Source: an uncultured Myxococcales bacterium (lineage in GTDB: Bacteria > Myxococcota_A > UBA9042 > PWKZ01 > CAYRCM01). From it: a DNA stretch of 64,000 nt. A program made the translations under genes and the position numbers. The stretch lies in the NCBI GenBank assembly GCA_964422715.1, contig CAYRCM010000001.1, forward strand, positions 65,331 through 129,330, read 5' to 3'. A model generated the notes under the pieces. That model was not told the origin of the DNA and searched no databases. It was given only the letters and a program-made list of their open reading frames with translations. Each line of letters begins with the position of its first letter. Position 1 is the first letter of the stretch. This document shows, in pieces, positions 18,561 through 28,902 of the stretch.

Positions 18561-19796
18561 CTAACCGGCTGCAACGCTGGGGGTCGGGTGGGCGAGTTGT
18601 TCGAGGAAGGCCGCCAGACGAACGCGGTCGCTTCCGGACAGCGCCTCCTGAAGGGTGCCGCCGCGTTGGGCCGGGTCGAGTTCGATGAGTTGGAAGGGCA
18701 GACCCGCCGCCGCGGCCTCGGCGCGAACGAGCGGCACGTCGAAGGCGTAGGGCTCGCAGTACTTCTGCGCGACGAACAGGACGCCCTGGGCACCGCACTG
18801 GCGCGCCAGGCGCACGATGTCGGCGCCCGGCCGGTGGTCGGCGCGGTGGTGCGCAGGGCAGGGTGGGCGGTGCGCGTCGAGCGCGAGGGCCGCGAGGGCC
18901 GCGAAGGGCGGGCGGTCGAGCGGTTCGCCGGGCGCGGCGTCGAAGGCGCGCCGGCCCGTGCAGAGATCGTCGGTGACCACGCTGGCGCCGAGTTCGTCGA
19001 GCGTGGTCGCGACCGCCAAGTCGAGCAGCGGACCTCCGGCGAGCGCCACGCGGGGGCGAGGCGGTGCGTGGCCCGTCCGGTCGGTCGGCGGCGTCGGCCA
19101 GGCCGCGAGCACCGCGTCGACGCTGGCCTGCCAAGCGGCGGGCGGCATCAGGAAGCCCGCGTGCACGAGGCCGTAGAACGCCACGGCCGACAGCGCCTCG
19201 GGTTGCCGGCTGCGCGCCGCGTAGAGCCGCTGGAGGGCCGCTGTCCGGGCCCGCTCTCCGTCGAGTTCGCGGGCCAGCGCCTCGTCGCTCAGCGCGACGC
19301 CGGTCAGCGCGCCGAGTTGCTTGGCGACCCGCCGGAGTTCGGCCTCGTAGTAGTTGGCCGCGCCCCGCGCGCGAAGGCCCGTCGGGTACTGCAACGCCAG
19401 GACAGGCTTGGCGGAACACGCCTGCCAAAGGTCGGGGGCGCACTGCATGGCGTCGCAGGTGTGCGTCAGCATGACCGCCGCGAGCGCATCGGAGGCCGTG
19501 AGCGCCCACGACAATGCCGCCCGCAGTTGGCGACACGCGTACGACTGCAAGTGCAGGTCGACGCGGCCGTCGATGCCGGCCGGCGGATCGAGCAGCCGCA
19601 CGGGCAGAGCGCCGAGCGCGCGCACGAGCGGTTCGGGCGTCAGCCGGCAGAAGTGGGCCACGAGCGGCCGGTCGGGGGCGTCGCGGCGGAGTTGGCGCAG
19701 GGCTGCGGCCGGATCGCGGGCGAGCGCGGCAGCGCCGGCCAGAGCCCGGTCGCGAGCCCGTGCGAGGTCGAGCACCGTCGTTGCGGGAGGGAGCAT
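18561..19796 (-). CDS. 2-hydroxyacyl-CoA dehydratase family (HgdA-like) protein, partner of the downstream gene
   Basis: ...MLTHTCDAMQCAPDLWQ...GVLFVAQKYCEPYAFDVPLVRAEAAAAGLPFQLIELD carries the conserved KYCEPY motif of HGD-D/BcrBC. It lies 20 nt upstream of its paralogous partner. No HgdC/BcrAD-type ATPase activator is present in the window. Confidence 0.75.
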   Translation of the reverse strand: MLPPATTVLDLARARDRALAGAAALARDPAAALRQLRRDAPDRPLVAHFCRLTPEPLVRALGALPVRLLDPPAGIDGRVDLHLQSYACRQLRAALSWALTASDALAAVMLTHTCDAMQCAPDLWQACSAKPVLALQYPTGLRARGAANYYEAELRRVAKQLGALTGVALSDEALARELDGERARTAALQRLYAARSRQPEALSAVAFYGLVHAGFLMPPAAWQASVDAVLAAWPTPPTDRTGHAPPRPRVALAGGPLLDLAVATTLDELGASVVTDDLCTGRRAFDAAPGEPLDRPPFAALAALALDAHRPPCPAHHRADHRPGADIVRLARQCGAQGVLFVAQKYCEPYAFDVPLVRAEAAAAGLPFQLIELDPAQRGGTLQEALSGSDRVRLAAFLEQLAHPTPSVAAG

Positions 19797-19856
19797 GGGC
19801 CGTCCGTTGAGGCGGTGGGCGCCGGCACCGCCGGGGCCCGCGGGGGGCGGAGGGAA

Positions 19857-21950
19857 CTACTCGGCCGAGCAGTTGTCGCCGAGCCGGATGTCGTCGAGGT
19901 AGATGCCCAGGCCCGTGGCCTCGGGTGCGTCGACGGTGCCGAAGTACCACTGCACGCGCACGGTGTGGCTGGCATAGGCCACGATGGGGATTTCGACGAG
20001 CTGCCAGTCGCCGAAGAGCCCCGGGTCGGCTTCTTCTTTGCTCCAAACCTCGACGACCTCGTTGCCGGCCGTCTCGTCGACGATGGAAACCGTCAAGTGG
20101 TCGACATCGGGATCGCTGCGGATGTCGAGGTACAGCCAGAACGAGAGCATGGACGACGGGTCGGCGCCCACTTCGATGCTCTCGGAGGTGCAGGTGCCTT
20201 CGTGGGGCCCACACATCTCGGGCTGGAACATGCACATGAACTCGCCCATCATTCCGCCCGCGGCGTAGGTGCCGTTCATGGCATCGCCGTAGTAGATGCT
20301 CGTCGGAGCACTGCGCACGAGCGCGTTGCCGATGGGCAGCTCGCCGCCCTGGGAGACCGTCTGCCAGCCGATTGCGCCGAAGAGGCCGGCCATGCCCTGG
20401 TTCGTGTTGACGAAGGTGTAACGGCAGTCGCCCTCGGCGGGTTCTTCGGCTGCGGCCATGGGGATGGGGATGATGCTGCTGCCGCAGTCGTCGATTTCGT
20501 CGACCCACTCCCAGGGGCTGCAGCACTGCGGCAGACCCGTGGATTCGTAGGCGCAGACGTTGTCGCGGCAGAAGTCGTTGGTGCACTCGTCGTCGCCGTC
20601 GTTGCATTCGCCGTCGTCGTGGCAGCAGTCGGGCGCCGGAATGGGGGCGAACTGGCAGGTGCCCGTCGCGTCGCAGCTGCCCGCCTGGCAGGGGTCGAGC
20701 GACGTGCAGTCGCCGTCGTTCGCGCAGCAGCCTTCGGCGCCCGTGCTGGCGTGGACGCACTCGCCGTCGACGCAGGTGTCGAGCGTGCAGATTTCTTCGC
20801 CGTCGGCGCAGTCGGCGTCGACGAGGCAGCAGTTCGGGATGGCGGCGTAGGAGCAGCGGTGTCCCGCACTGCAGCTCGGCTCAAAACACCAGTTTTCGGG
20901 CGTGCAGTCGGTCGGCACGAGGCAGCAGTCGGGCTCGTCGGTGACTGTGTAGACGCAATGGCTGTCGACGCAGCGTTCGGTGGTGCACAGGTCGTCGTCG
21001 TCGTCGCAGTCGGCGGCGTTCGCGCAGCAATCGGGCACGTCGACGGTAATGCAGGTGCAGTTGACGCAGCGCCCCTGCTGGCAGGGCCCCGGCGCGGGAC
21101 AATCGCCGTCGGCGTAGCACGGGCTCGGCTTCGTCTCGTACTGGCACCAGCTGTCGACGCACGTGTCGATGGTGCAAGCGTCGCTGTCGTTGCACTGGCC
21201 GGCGTCCACGCAGCAGTTCGGGATGTAGGTGAGCTGGCAACGGCGGTCGGCGTTGCAGCGGTTGGACGTGCATTCGTTCCCGTCTTCGCAGTCGGCGTCG
21301 ACGTTGCAGCAGCCGGCGATCTGCTCGTAGTAGCAGCTCTTGTTGACCTCGTAGCACGTGTCGGTGGTGCAGGGGTTCTGGTCGTCGCAGTCGGCGTCGA
21401 TCTCGCAGCAGTTGGTGGTCTGCATGTGGTGACACTGGCCGTTCTGGCAGGTGTCGGTGGTGCAGTTGTTGGCGTCGTCGCAGTCGATGTTCTGGGCGCA
21501 CTCGCAGCCCGTCTGGTCGTGCTCGCAAAGGAAGGTGCTCAGGTCGCAGGTGTCGACCGAGCAGGCAAGCGCGTCGTCGCATTCGGCGTCGGTCTCGCAG
21601 CAACCCGCAGTGGGGACCTTGGCGTGAACGCACGTCAGGGTCTCGGCATCGCAGAGGTCGAACGAGCAATCGCTGCCGTCGTCGCATTCGGCGTCGGATT
21701 GGCAGCACACGGCGTCGGGGTTGGTCAGCACGCAGAAGCCGGCTTCGGAGCAGACGTGCACGGTGCACGGGTCGTCGTCGGCGCAGGCGGCATCGTCTTC
21801 GCAGACGAGCTGCGGCGTGTGCGTGCAACGGAACGTCACCAGGTCGCAGGCGTCGGCCGTGACGGGATCGCCATCGTCGCACTGCGGCTCGGAGATGAGC
21901 GGGTCGCAGCAGTCGGCCTCGGCCGGCGACGCGTAGTCGCGTTCGTATTG
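19857..21950 (-). repeat. Degenerate tandem coding repeats (~108 nt) that encode the Cys-rich modules
   Basis: The nucleotide sequence shows recurring tcgtcgcagtcggcgtc... / gcagcagtcggg... units at ~108 nt spacing across the gene. This gives potential for recombinational length variation. Confidence 0.5.
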
Positions 21951-22580
21951 GCACTGGCGCTGGCCCTGCGGCAGAGCGAGACACAAATCGGTGCTGCACG
22001 GGTTGCCGTCGTCGCATTGCGGCGCCCCAGTACAGGGGCAGGTGGACTCCCGCGGATGCACGCATTCGCCCTGGACGCAGCGGTCGGCGGTGCAGGCATC
22101 GCTGTCGTCGCAGGCGGCGTCGCTCGCGCAGCAATCGGAGCGCCGCTGGTGCATGCAGCGGCCGGAAACGCAGGCGTCGACCGTGCAGACGTCGATGTCG
22201 GTACAGTCGGCGTTGCCGTCGCAGCAGTTGGGGTCTAGCCGCTCGTGCTTGCACTGCAACGCTTCGCAGCGGTCGGTGGTGCAGGCTCTTCCGTCGTCGC
22301 AACCCGCGTCGTCGGCGCAGCAGCCGTCGGCCGGATCGGGTTCGGCGGCCGCCGCGTACGTGCAGACTCCGGCGTCACACGTAGCATCGGCACACGGGCG
22401 GACGGGGCAATCGCTGGCCGCCGCGCAGGCCGTGACTTCGGCGGCGGGTGCGCAGGCATCGCCGCGGCAGGTGTCTTCGCCCGGGTCGGAGGGATTGCCG
22501 TCGCCCGAACAGGCGCCGAGCAGACCGGCAAGGAGCAGGAACGCCACTACGCGCAAGCCGAACCGAGATGCCAGGGACAT
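19857..22580 (-). CDS. Large cysteine-rich repeat lipoprotein (907 aa): ~20 tandem ~36 aa units (CCxxDADCDDxNxCTxDxCxxxxCxH) plus a C-terminal jelly-roll/MAM-like domain
   Basis: Start MSLASRFGLRVVAFLLLAGLLGACSG (lipobox). Units include CCASDAACDDSDACTADRCVQGECVH and CCEIDADCDDQNPCTTDTCYEVNKSCYY. The last ~250 aa are Cys-poor (WLYLDIRSDPDVDHLTVSIVDE...VRVQWYFG). The first 57 codons of the track ORF are discarded. Confidence 0.8.
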   Translation of the reverse strand: MSLASRFGLRVVAFLLLAGLLGACSGDGNPSDPGEDTCRGDACAPAAEVTACAAASDCPVRPCADATCDAGVCTYAAAAEPDPADGCCADDAGCDDGRACTTDRCEALQCKHERLDPNCCDGNADCTDIDVCTVDACVSGRCMHQRRSDCCASDAACDDSDACTADRCVQGECVHPRESTCPCTGAPQCDDGNPCSTDLCLALPQGQRQCQYERDYASPAEADCCDPLISEPQCDDGDPVTADACDLVTFRCTHTPQLVCEDDAACADDDPCTVHVCSEAGFCVLTNPDAVCCQSDAECDDGSDCSFDLCDAETLTCVHAKVPTAGCCETDAECDDALACSVDTCDLSTFLCEHDQTGCECAQNIDCDDANNCTTDTCQNGQCHHMQTTNCCEIDADCDDQNPCTTDTCYEVNKSCYYEQIAGCCNVDADCEDGNECTSNRCNADRRCQLTYIPNCCVDAGQCNDSDACTIDTCVDSWCQYETKPSPCYADGDCPAPGPCQQGRCVNCTCITVDVPDCCANAADCDDDDDLCTTERCVDSHCVYTVTDEPDCCLVPTDCTPENWCFEPSCSAGHRCSYAAIPNCCLVDADCADGEEICTLDTCVDGECVHASTGAEGCCANDGDCTSLDPCQAGSCDATGTCQFAPIPAPDCCHDDGECNDGDDECTNDFCRDNVCAYESTGLPQCCSPWEWVDEIDDCGSSIIPIPMAAAEEPAEGDCRYTFVNTNQGMAGLFGAIGWQTVSQGGELPIGNALVRSAPTSIYYGDAMNGTYAAGGMMGEFMCMFQPEMCGPHEGTCTSESIEVGADPSSMLSFWLYLDIRSDPDVDHLTVSIVDETAGNEVVEVWSKEEADPGLFGDWQLVEIPIVAYASHTVRVQWYFGTVDAPEATGLGIYLDDIRLGDNCSAE

Positions 22581-22760
22581 ACGCAACTCCACGGGTCGTT
22601 TTCGGGGAGTGCAGCCCGGTCCTGCAGGGCGAGGACCCGACCGCAAGCCGCCCGAGACTCTAGCAGACGCCATGGGGCGAAACAAGCGCGCCCCGAGCCG
22701 CGCCCCAGGCAATCCACGGCTTCCGAAACGGGCGTAACCGGCCCCGTGCACGCGGGGCGA

Positions 22761-24197
22761 TCAGTGAGCGGCGGTGAGCGCCTCGATGGCCTGCTCGGCA
22801 ACCGTGAGCCCTGCCTGGATGCAGTCGTTGAGCCCGACGCCGCGATAGGCGTTTCCGGTGAGGAACAGCCGCGGCAGGTGAGCCCGCGTCAGTGCGTCGA
22901 TGCGCGCGAGGCGCGTGAGGTGGCCCGGGGGATACTGCGGGATGGCCTGCCCGTGACGGTCGACGCGCACGAAGCAGGGCTCGGCCGTGATGCCGAGAAT
23001 GGTGCCGAGTTCGGCGCGCACGAGGTCGACCAGTTCGCCGTTTTCGCGGGCGTCGAGGTTCGCGCCGTTGCGCATGCCGCCCACCATCGTGCGCAGCAGC
23101 ACGGCGTCGTCGGGGGCGCGACGCCCCGGCCAGATGCTCGAACACCAGAGTGCGCCCATGATGGGCCGGGCCTCGCTGTGCGGAATGAGGAAGCCGAAGC
23201 CGTCGAGCGGATGGCTCACCTCCGCCCGTTTGAAGCCCAGGGCGACGACGGCCATGCGGGCATAGGGGATCTCGCGCAGAGCATCGGCGAGTGGGGCGGC
23301 CAGCGGCGCCACGAGTTCGGCGGACGCGTACGCCGGGGCGGCGAGCACCACGGCGTCGGCGCAGACCGGGTCGGGGCGTCCCGTCACCGTGAGCGTGTAG
23401 CCGTCGTCCGCGCGGGCAAGACCGGTGACCCGCTGGCCGAGCGCCACGCATTCCGGGCCGAGCCGGCGCGCCAGGGTCCGGGGCAGGGCGGAGAGCCCCT
23501 CGGGAAACGACGTCAGCACGCCGCCCGGAGCCGGTCCGGTGTGGGCCGGGGCGGCCTCCCCGCGGCGGCGCGCGCGGCGGCGCTCCTTGGCGATGCGGCG
23601 CATGGCGCGGATGAGGCTGCCGTACTGCTGTTCGAATTGCTTGATGCGTGGGAATGCGGCGGCGACGCTCGTCTGGTCGGGGTCGCCGCCCATGACGCCC
23701 TGCACCATGGGGTCGAGCAGGCGCTGGAGCACCTCCGGACCGAGCCGGCGGGTGCCGAATTCGGTCAGCGTTTCGTCGAGTTCTGGCGGAGCGGGCGGAA
23801 TGAACGGTTCGCGCAGGAGGCGGAACTTGGCCCGCCAGGTGAGCAGCCGGCTCTTCAAGAAGAGTCCGGGCGACTCGGGGAAGCGCTGGAGCCGGCCGGC
23901 GAAGTAGACGAAGCGCTTGCGGGCCGCATCGTTGCTCCGCAGCAGGGTCGCCCCGAGGCCGACGCGCCGACAGAGATCGAGGGTGGCGACCCGGCTGTCG
24001 AGGAAGCCGTTGGGCCCCCATTCGGTGAGGAAACCGCTCGGGCTCAAGTCGCTGCGGATCTTGCCCCCGGGCCAGGCATTCTCATCGAACAACGACACGC
24101 GCAGGTCGAGACCGTTCGCACGGGCCCGCTCAGCGGCCTCGTAGGCCACGGTGAGGCCGGAGATGCCCCCTCCCACGACGACGAGGTGTTGGGTCAT
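22761..24197 (-). CDS. hemY: Protoporphyrinogen/coproporphyrinogen III oxidase (HemY/CgoX-type FAD amine oxidase)
   Basis: Start MTQHLVVVGGGISGLTVAYE (GxGxxG FAD motif), 478 aa. The C-terminus reads ...LFLTGNAYRGVGLNDCIQAG. The gene overlaps the hemH stop by 4 nt. Confidence 0.9.
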   Translation of the reverse strand: MTQHLVVVGGGISGLTVAYEAAERARANGLDLRVSLFDENAWPGGKIRSDLSPSGFLTEWGPNGFLDSRVATLDLCRRVGLGATLLRSNDAARKRFVYFAGRLQRFPESPGLFLKSRLLTWRAKFRLLREPFIPPAPPELDETLTEFGTRRLGPEVLQRLLDPMVQGVMGGDPDQTSVAAAFPRIKQFEQQYGSLIRAMRRIAKERRRARRRGEAAPAHTGPAPGGVLTSFPEGLSALPRTLARRLGPECVALGQRVTGLARADDGYTLTVTGRPDPVCADAVVLAAPAYASAELVAPLAAPLADALREIPYARMAVVALGFKRAEVSHPLDGFGFLIPHSEARPIMGALWCSSIWPGRRAPDDAVLLRTMVGGMRNGANLDARENGELVDLVRAELGTILGITAEPCFVRVDRHGQAIPQYPPGHLTRLARIDALTRAHLPRLFLTGNAYRGVGLNDCIQAGLTVAEQAIEALTAAH

Positions 24198-25207
24198 GGC
24201 GCTGCCTCTGGATTCGGGCCGTCCACCGCGGCCGTCGCAAGCGCGCGCTGCACCATGGCGCCGAGCGCGGCGATGAAATCGGGCCGGGTGTTGAGGGCCG
24301 GCGCGCGTACGAAGCCGCTGATGCCCCAGGCGGCGGCTTCGGCCGCGAGTTCGATGTCGAGTTCGTGGAGCGTTTCGAGGTGGTCGGACACGAAACTGAC
24401 CGGCACGACGAGCACGTCGCGACGCCCCGCGGCCCCAAGCCGCTGCAGCGTGGCGCTGGTTTCGGGCCCCACCCAACGCACCGGACCCGCGCGGCTCTGG
24501 AACGCGAGTTCGGCGTCGAGGGGCGGGAGCGCGGCCCGCACCGCGGCCACCGTGGCCCTCACCTGGTCGACATACGGGTCGCCGCGCCGCACGAGCGAAA
24601 TCGGAACGCCGTGCGCGCTGAACAGGACGACGACGTTGGCCTGGCGTTCGGGTGGGTACTGCGCCAGCCCCGCGCGGACGGTGCCGGCGAGCGCCTGGAC
24701 GTAGCCCGTATCCGTCGCGAACGACTCGATGTCGACGCGCCGGGGCGGTTCCGTCGGGAACGCTTCGGCCAAGGCGCGCCCAAGAGCCAGGAAGCTGGAA
24801 CCCGTGGTGGCCGAACACGCGTGCGGGTAGAGGCTGAGCGCCACAACGGTGTCGAACCCCCCGGCCCGGATGGCGGCCACGGCCTCGTCGGTCGTGGGGT
24901 GCCAGTAACGCATGGCGACGAAGGGTGCTGCGACGATGCCGCGGCGCCCGAGCTCGGCGCACAGGAGGCGCGTTTGCTCGAGCGTGATTTCGATGAGCGG
25001 CGACCGCCCGCCGAGCGTCGCGTACTGCCGGCGCACGCGCGGCGCCCGCCGGGCCGCGATCCGTCGGGCAAACCAGCCCTGCGCCCAGGCGCCGAACGGC
25101 AGCCGGATGACGCTGCGGTCGGAGAGGATGTTGCGGATGTACGGCTCGACGGCATCGAGGCAGTCGGGTCCGCCCATGTTGAGCGTGACGAGAGCGATGC
25201 CGGGCAT
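24194..25207 (-). CDS. hemH: Ferrochelatase / coproporphyrin ferrochelatase
   Basis: Start MPGIALVTLNMGGPD..., then ...LYPHACSATTGSS...VVLFSAHGVPISLVRRGDPY...VSFVSDHLETLHELDIE. The first 27 codons of the track ORF are discarded. Confidence 0.9.
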   Translation of the reverse strand: MPGIALVTLNMGGPDCLDAVEPYIRNILSDRSVIRLPFGAWAQGWFARRIAARRAPRVRRQYATLGGRSPLIEITLEQTRLLCAELGRRGIVAAPFVAMRYWHPTTDEAVAAIRAGGFDTVVALSLYPHACSATTGSSFLALGRALAEAFPTEPPRRVDIESFATDTGYVQALAGTVRAGLAQYPPERQANVVVLFSAHGVPISLVRRGDPYVDQVRATVAAVRAALPPLDAELAFQSRAGPVRWVGPETSATLQRLGAAGRRDVLVVPVSFVSDHLETLHELDIELAAEAAAWGISGFVRAPALNTRPDFIAALGAMVQRALATAAVDGPNPEAAP

Positions 25208-25211
25208 GCGG

Positions 25212-26245
<1,034 letters not shown>

Positions 26246-26249
<4 letters not shown>

Positions 26250-27337
26250 GAGGCGTCTCTCGCTTTCGCCTGGCGGCGTTGCGCCAACGGCACGTAGTCG
26301 CAGTAGGGGTCCACGGCCAGATAGCGTCCGGTCACGGCGTACGCCCGGGCGCGGCAACCGCCGCAGACGTGGCGATACTCGCAGACGCCACAACGGCCTT
26401 CGAGTTGCGCGGGGTCGCGCAACTCCCGGAGCAATGGAGATTCGGCCCAGATCTCGCCGAGCGGCGTCTGCCAAACGTTGCCCGCGGCAAGCGGGAAGTA
26501 GCTGCACGGCAGCAGGTTGCCCTCGAAGTCGACGAGCGCGATGGATTGGCCGGCGATGCAGCCCTTCTGGCCGCCGGTCGAGAGCGCCAGGCTCCGCCGG
26601 TCGAGCGCGATGGTGCCGCCGGCCCGCTTGCGCTCGAACAGGATGCGGTAGTACTGCGGCGCGCAGGTGGGGCGCACGAGCAGTTCGGTTTCGGCGGCTT
26701 CGATGTCGTAGTGCGCATTCAGGATGGGCTCGTAGTCTTCCTTGCTGACGAGTTCGGCGAGCAGTTCCTCGCCGCGGCCGGTAGGCACGACCAGAAACAT
26801 GTACCAGGCCGTGGCGCCGAGGGACTTGGCGAGTGCGTGCACGCGCGGGATCTCGTCTTGGTTATGGCGGGTGAACGAGGAGTTGATGAGGAACTTGAGC
26901 CCGGCCGCCCGCAGCCATTCGGCGGCCCGCAGAGTGGCTTCGAAGGCCCCCGGCTGCTGGCGGAAGCGGTCGTGCACGGCGGCACTCGCGCCGTCGAGCG
27001 AGAGGGCCACCATGCGGATGCCCGCGTCGCGCAGGCGGGCGCACACGTCGGCGTCGACGAGCGTGCCGTTCGTGGCGATGCACATGCGCAACCCGCGCTC
27101 GGTGCCGTGCTGGGCGAGTTCGAACACATCGGGTCGCAGCAGCGGTTCTCCGCCCGTCAGCACGACCACGGGGGAGCCAAAGGCGGCCACCTGGTCGAGG
27201 AAGCCGCAGCCCATGGCCGTTGAGAACGGGGAAGTGGCAAAGCTGGTGTCGGACGCCGAGCGGCAGTGCACGCAGCGCAGGTTGCAGCGGCGAGTGATTT
27301 CCCAGGCCATCCATTTGAGCTCGGGCACTTGCGACAT
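26246..27337 (-). CDS. Radical SAM / SPASM-domain protein, AhbD/NirJ-like (candidate O2-independent coproheme decarboxylase)
   Basis: Start MSQVPELKWMAWEITRRCNLRCVHC (CxxxCxxC). It also has VVVLTGGEPLL and a C-terminal auxiliary cluster motif CGVCEYRHVCGGCRARAY (SPASM-like). It is the first gene of the hemE-hemH-hemY operon and is translationally coupled to hemE. Confidence 0.8.
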
Positions 27338-27625
27338 GACGTCTCCCCATCCGCGCGCGGATTGTAGCGGCCGCCCCCCGGTGACACAAGGCGCGTGGGC
27401 TGCGGCCCCAGTTGTCGGGTCTCCTGGCCGGCCGCAGCGGCTTCGCCGGCCCGCTCCGCGGCTCAGCGCCCCGCGCGCATCGGGGGGACGGGCGACGCCC
27501 GACTGCGCCCGGGTGGCAGCGGGCACATCCGGCTGGAAGAGGCCCGCGCAGCGTTTGCCACGGCGGCCGCGGCTGGTCTAGACTGGCGGCGGGTGTCCAT
27601 CCACCGGTTTGCTGCGAGGTGCATC

Positions 27626-28699
27626 ATGGTCATGCGCGTGGAGGGTGTCGAAGCGGCGGCCCTCGAAACCGTCCTGGCCCGACTCGAAACCTTTCTGGCC
27701 GAATACGCCGACGAAACTGACTTCCGCTACGCGGGCGCCTACATCGAGCGCAGCTACGCACGGTTCGCGCTCGGCCAGCCGCTCGTAGACGTCATCGACG
27801 ACCTGTGGCTCGCCTCGCGCTGCCTGCGCGGCCGCGCCGAACTGCACCTGTACCGCCACCCGCTCGAACGCCTGCGCACGCGCCGCATCGAGCCCATCGA
27901 AATCGGCATCATCGGCGGCCAGGCCGACGTGATGCTCGAAATTGCCACCGGCTACGCGTTTCCCCTCGTCAAACTGCTCGCCCACACGGCGACCCAGGAA
28001 GAGCGCAACGAAGGGGCGCATTGCTCCAGCTTCTTCTCGACGGAGCGCGTCCAGTCCTTGCGCGACCTGGTGGGCCTTGGGGCCGCCGTCTACTCCGCGA
28101 GCCTCGGGGCCGTCATCCAGGGCGACTACGACGAGGCCGAACTGGGGCTCAACCTCTTTCGCGACGCCGCCCGGGCCGTCGGGGTCGAGGGGGGGGCCGC
28201 CGACCCACCCGCGCTGCTGCGATACGTGCGGCTCAACCGTGCGCTGCGGCAAATCCTTGCCGAGGACCGCGAGGGCCTGGTCGAGACCCTCGACGAATTG
28301 ACCGTGGCGTACGCGAGGTCCCTTGCCCCCGCGCAAGCCGACGGCCAGGACGAATGGGCCCGGCCGGAGCGCGCCGCCGCCTACTTCGACACCTCCACGG
28401 TCGCGCTCATGGGCACGGCGCTGCTGAAGGGTCTGAGCCTCAACGACGAAACCATGACCGAGGCCGGGCGCGCCGCCATGCCGTTCTACTGGGAAATGAA
28501 GGGCATCGACCGCAGCGAGTTCATGGCCGCCGAGGCCGAAGCACGCGCCAGCCGGGCGCGGGAGCAGGCTGCGGCCGCCGGGGTGCAACTCGGCCCCGGA
28601 TGCGGCGAAACGGCCCAGCCCTGTCCGGGCGACGATGGCTGCACCGCGGCTCCGGCTGCGCCTGCCGTCGAGACGCCCGCGGATTCGGCTCTCCCCTGA
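27626..28699 (+). CDS. Hypothetical protein (357 aa), divergent from the heme operon
   Basis: MVMRVEGVEAAALETVLARLETFLAEY... has globular-looking composition and no recognised motif. The first 77 codons of track ORF 27395-28699 are Arg/Ala-rich. Confidence 0.5.
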   Translation: MVMRVEGVEAAALETVLARLETFLAEYADETDFRYAGAYIERSYARFALGQPLVDVIDDLWLASRCLRGRAELHLYRHPLERLRTRRIEPIEIGIIGGQADVMLEIATGYAFPLVKLLAHTATQEERNEGAHCSSFFSTERVQSLRDLVGLGAAVYSASLGAVIQGDYDEAELGLNLFRDAARAVGVEGGAADPPALLRYVRLNRALRQILAEDREGLVETLDELTVAYARSLAPAQADGQDEWARPERAAAYFDTSTVALMGTALLKGLSLNDETMTEAGRAAMPFYWEMKGIDRSEFMAAEAEARASRAREQAAAAGVQLGPGCGETAQPCPGDDGCTAAPAAPAVETPADSALP

Positions 28700-28902
28700 A
28701 ACGTAGCCCGAAGCGCAGGGCGATCTCCGCATCGCGGCAGCCCCGCACGGGCCGTGCCGCGGCCGCGACCAACGGCGCCCCAACGTCTGCCAACGTCTGC
28801 TATCACGGAAGTCGTTGCTACCCCGCGTGGCCCTCCGGCGGCCGCCCCCCAAGGGGGTCGCTCCGCGGCGGGAAGGGGCATGCCTTGGCCGGCAGCGCGG
28901 CG

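Noticed and set aside
18363-22238. A 1291 aa ORF on the plus strand antisense to the Cys-rich lipoprotein gene and the HgdA-like gene
   Set aside because: The translation is monotonous Val/Ala/Gly/Arg with no signal or motifs. It is a stop-codon-free antisense frame typical of ~70% GC DNA, and the sense-strand genes have clear protein features.
27395-27625. 5' extension of the hypothetical gene (track ORF starting at 27395)
   Set aside because: The first 77 codons are Arg/Ala/Pro-rich and overlap the divergent radical SAM promoter region. The internal MVMRVEG start gives a compact protein. Retained only as an alternative start.
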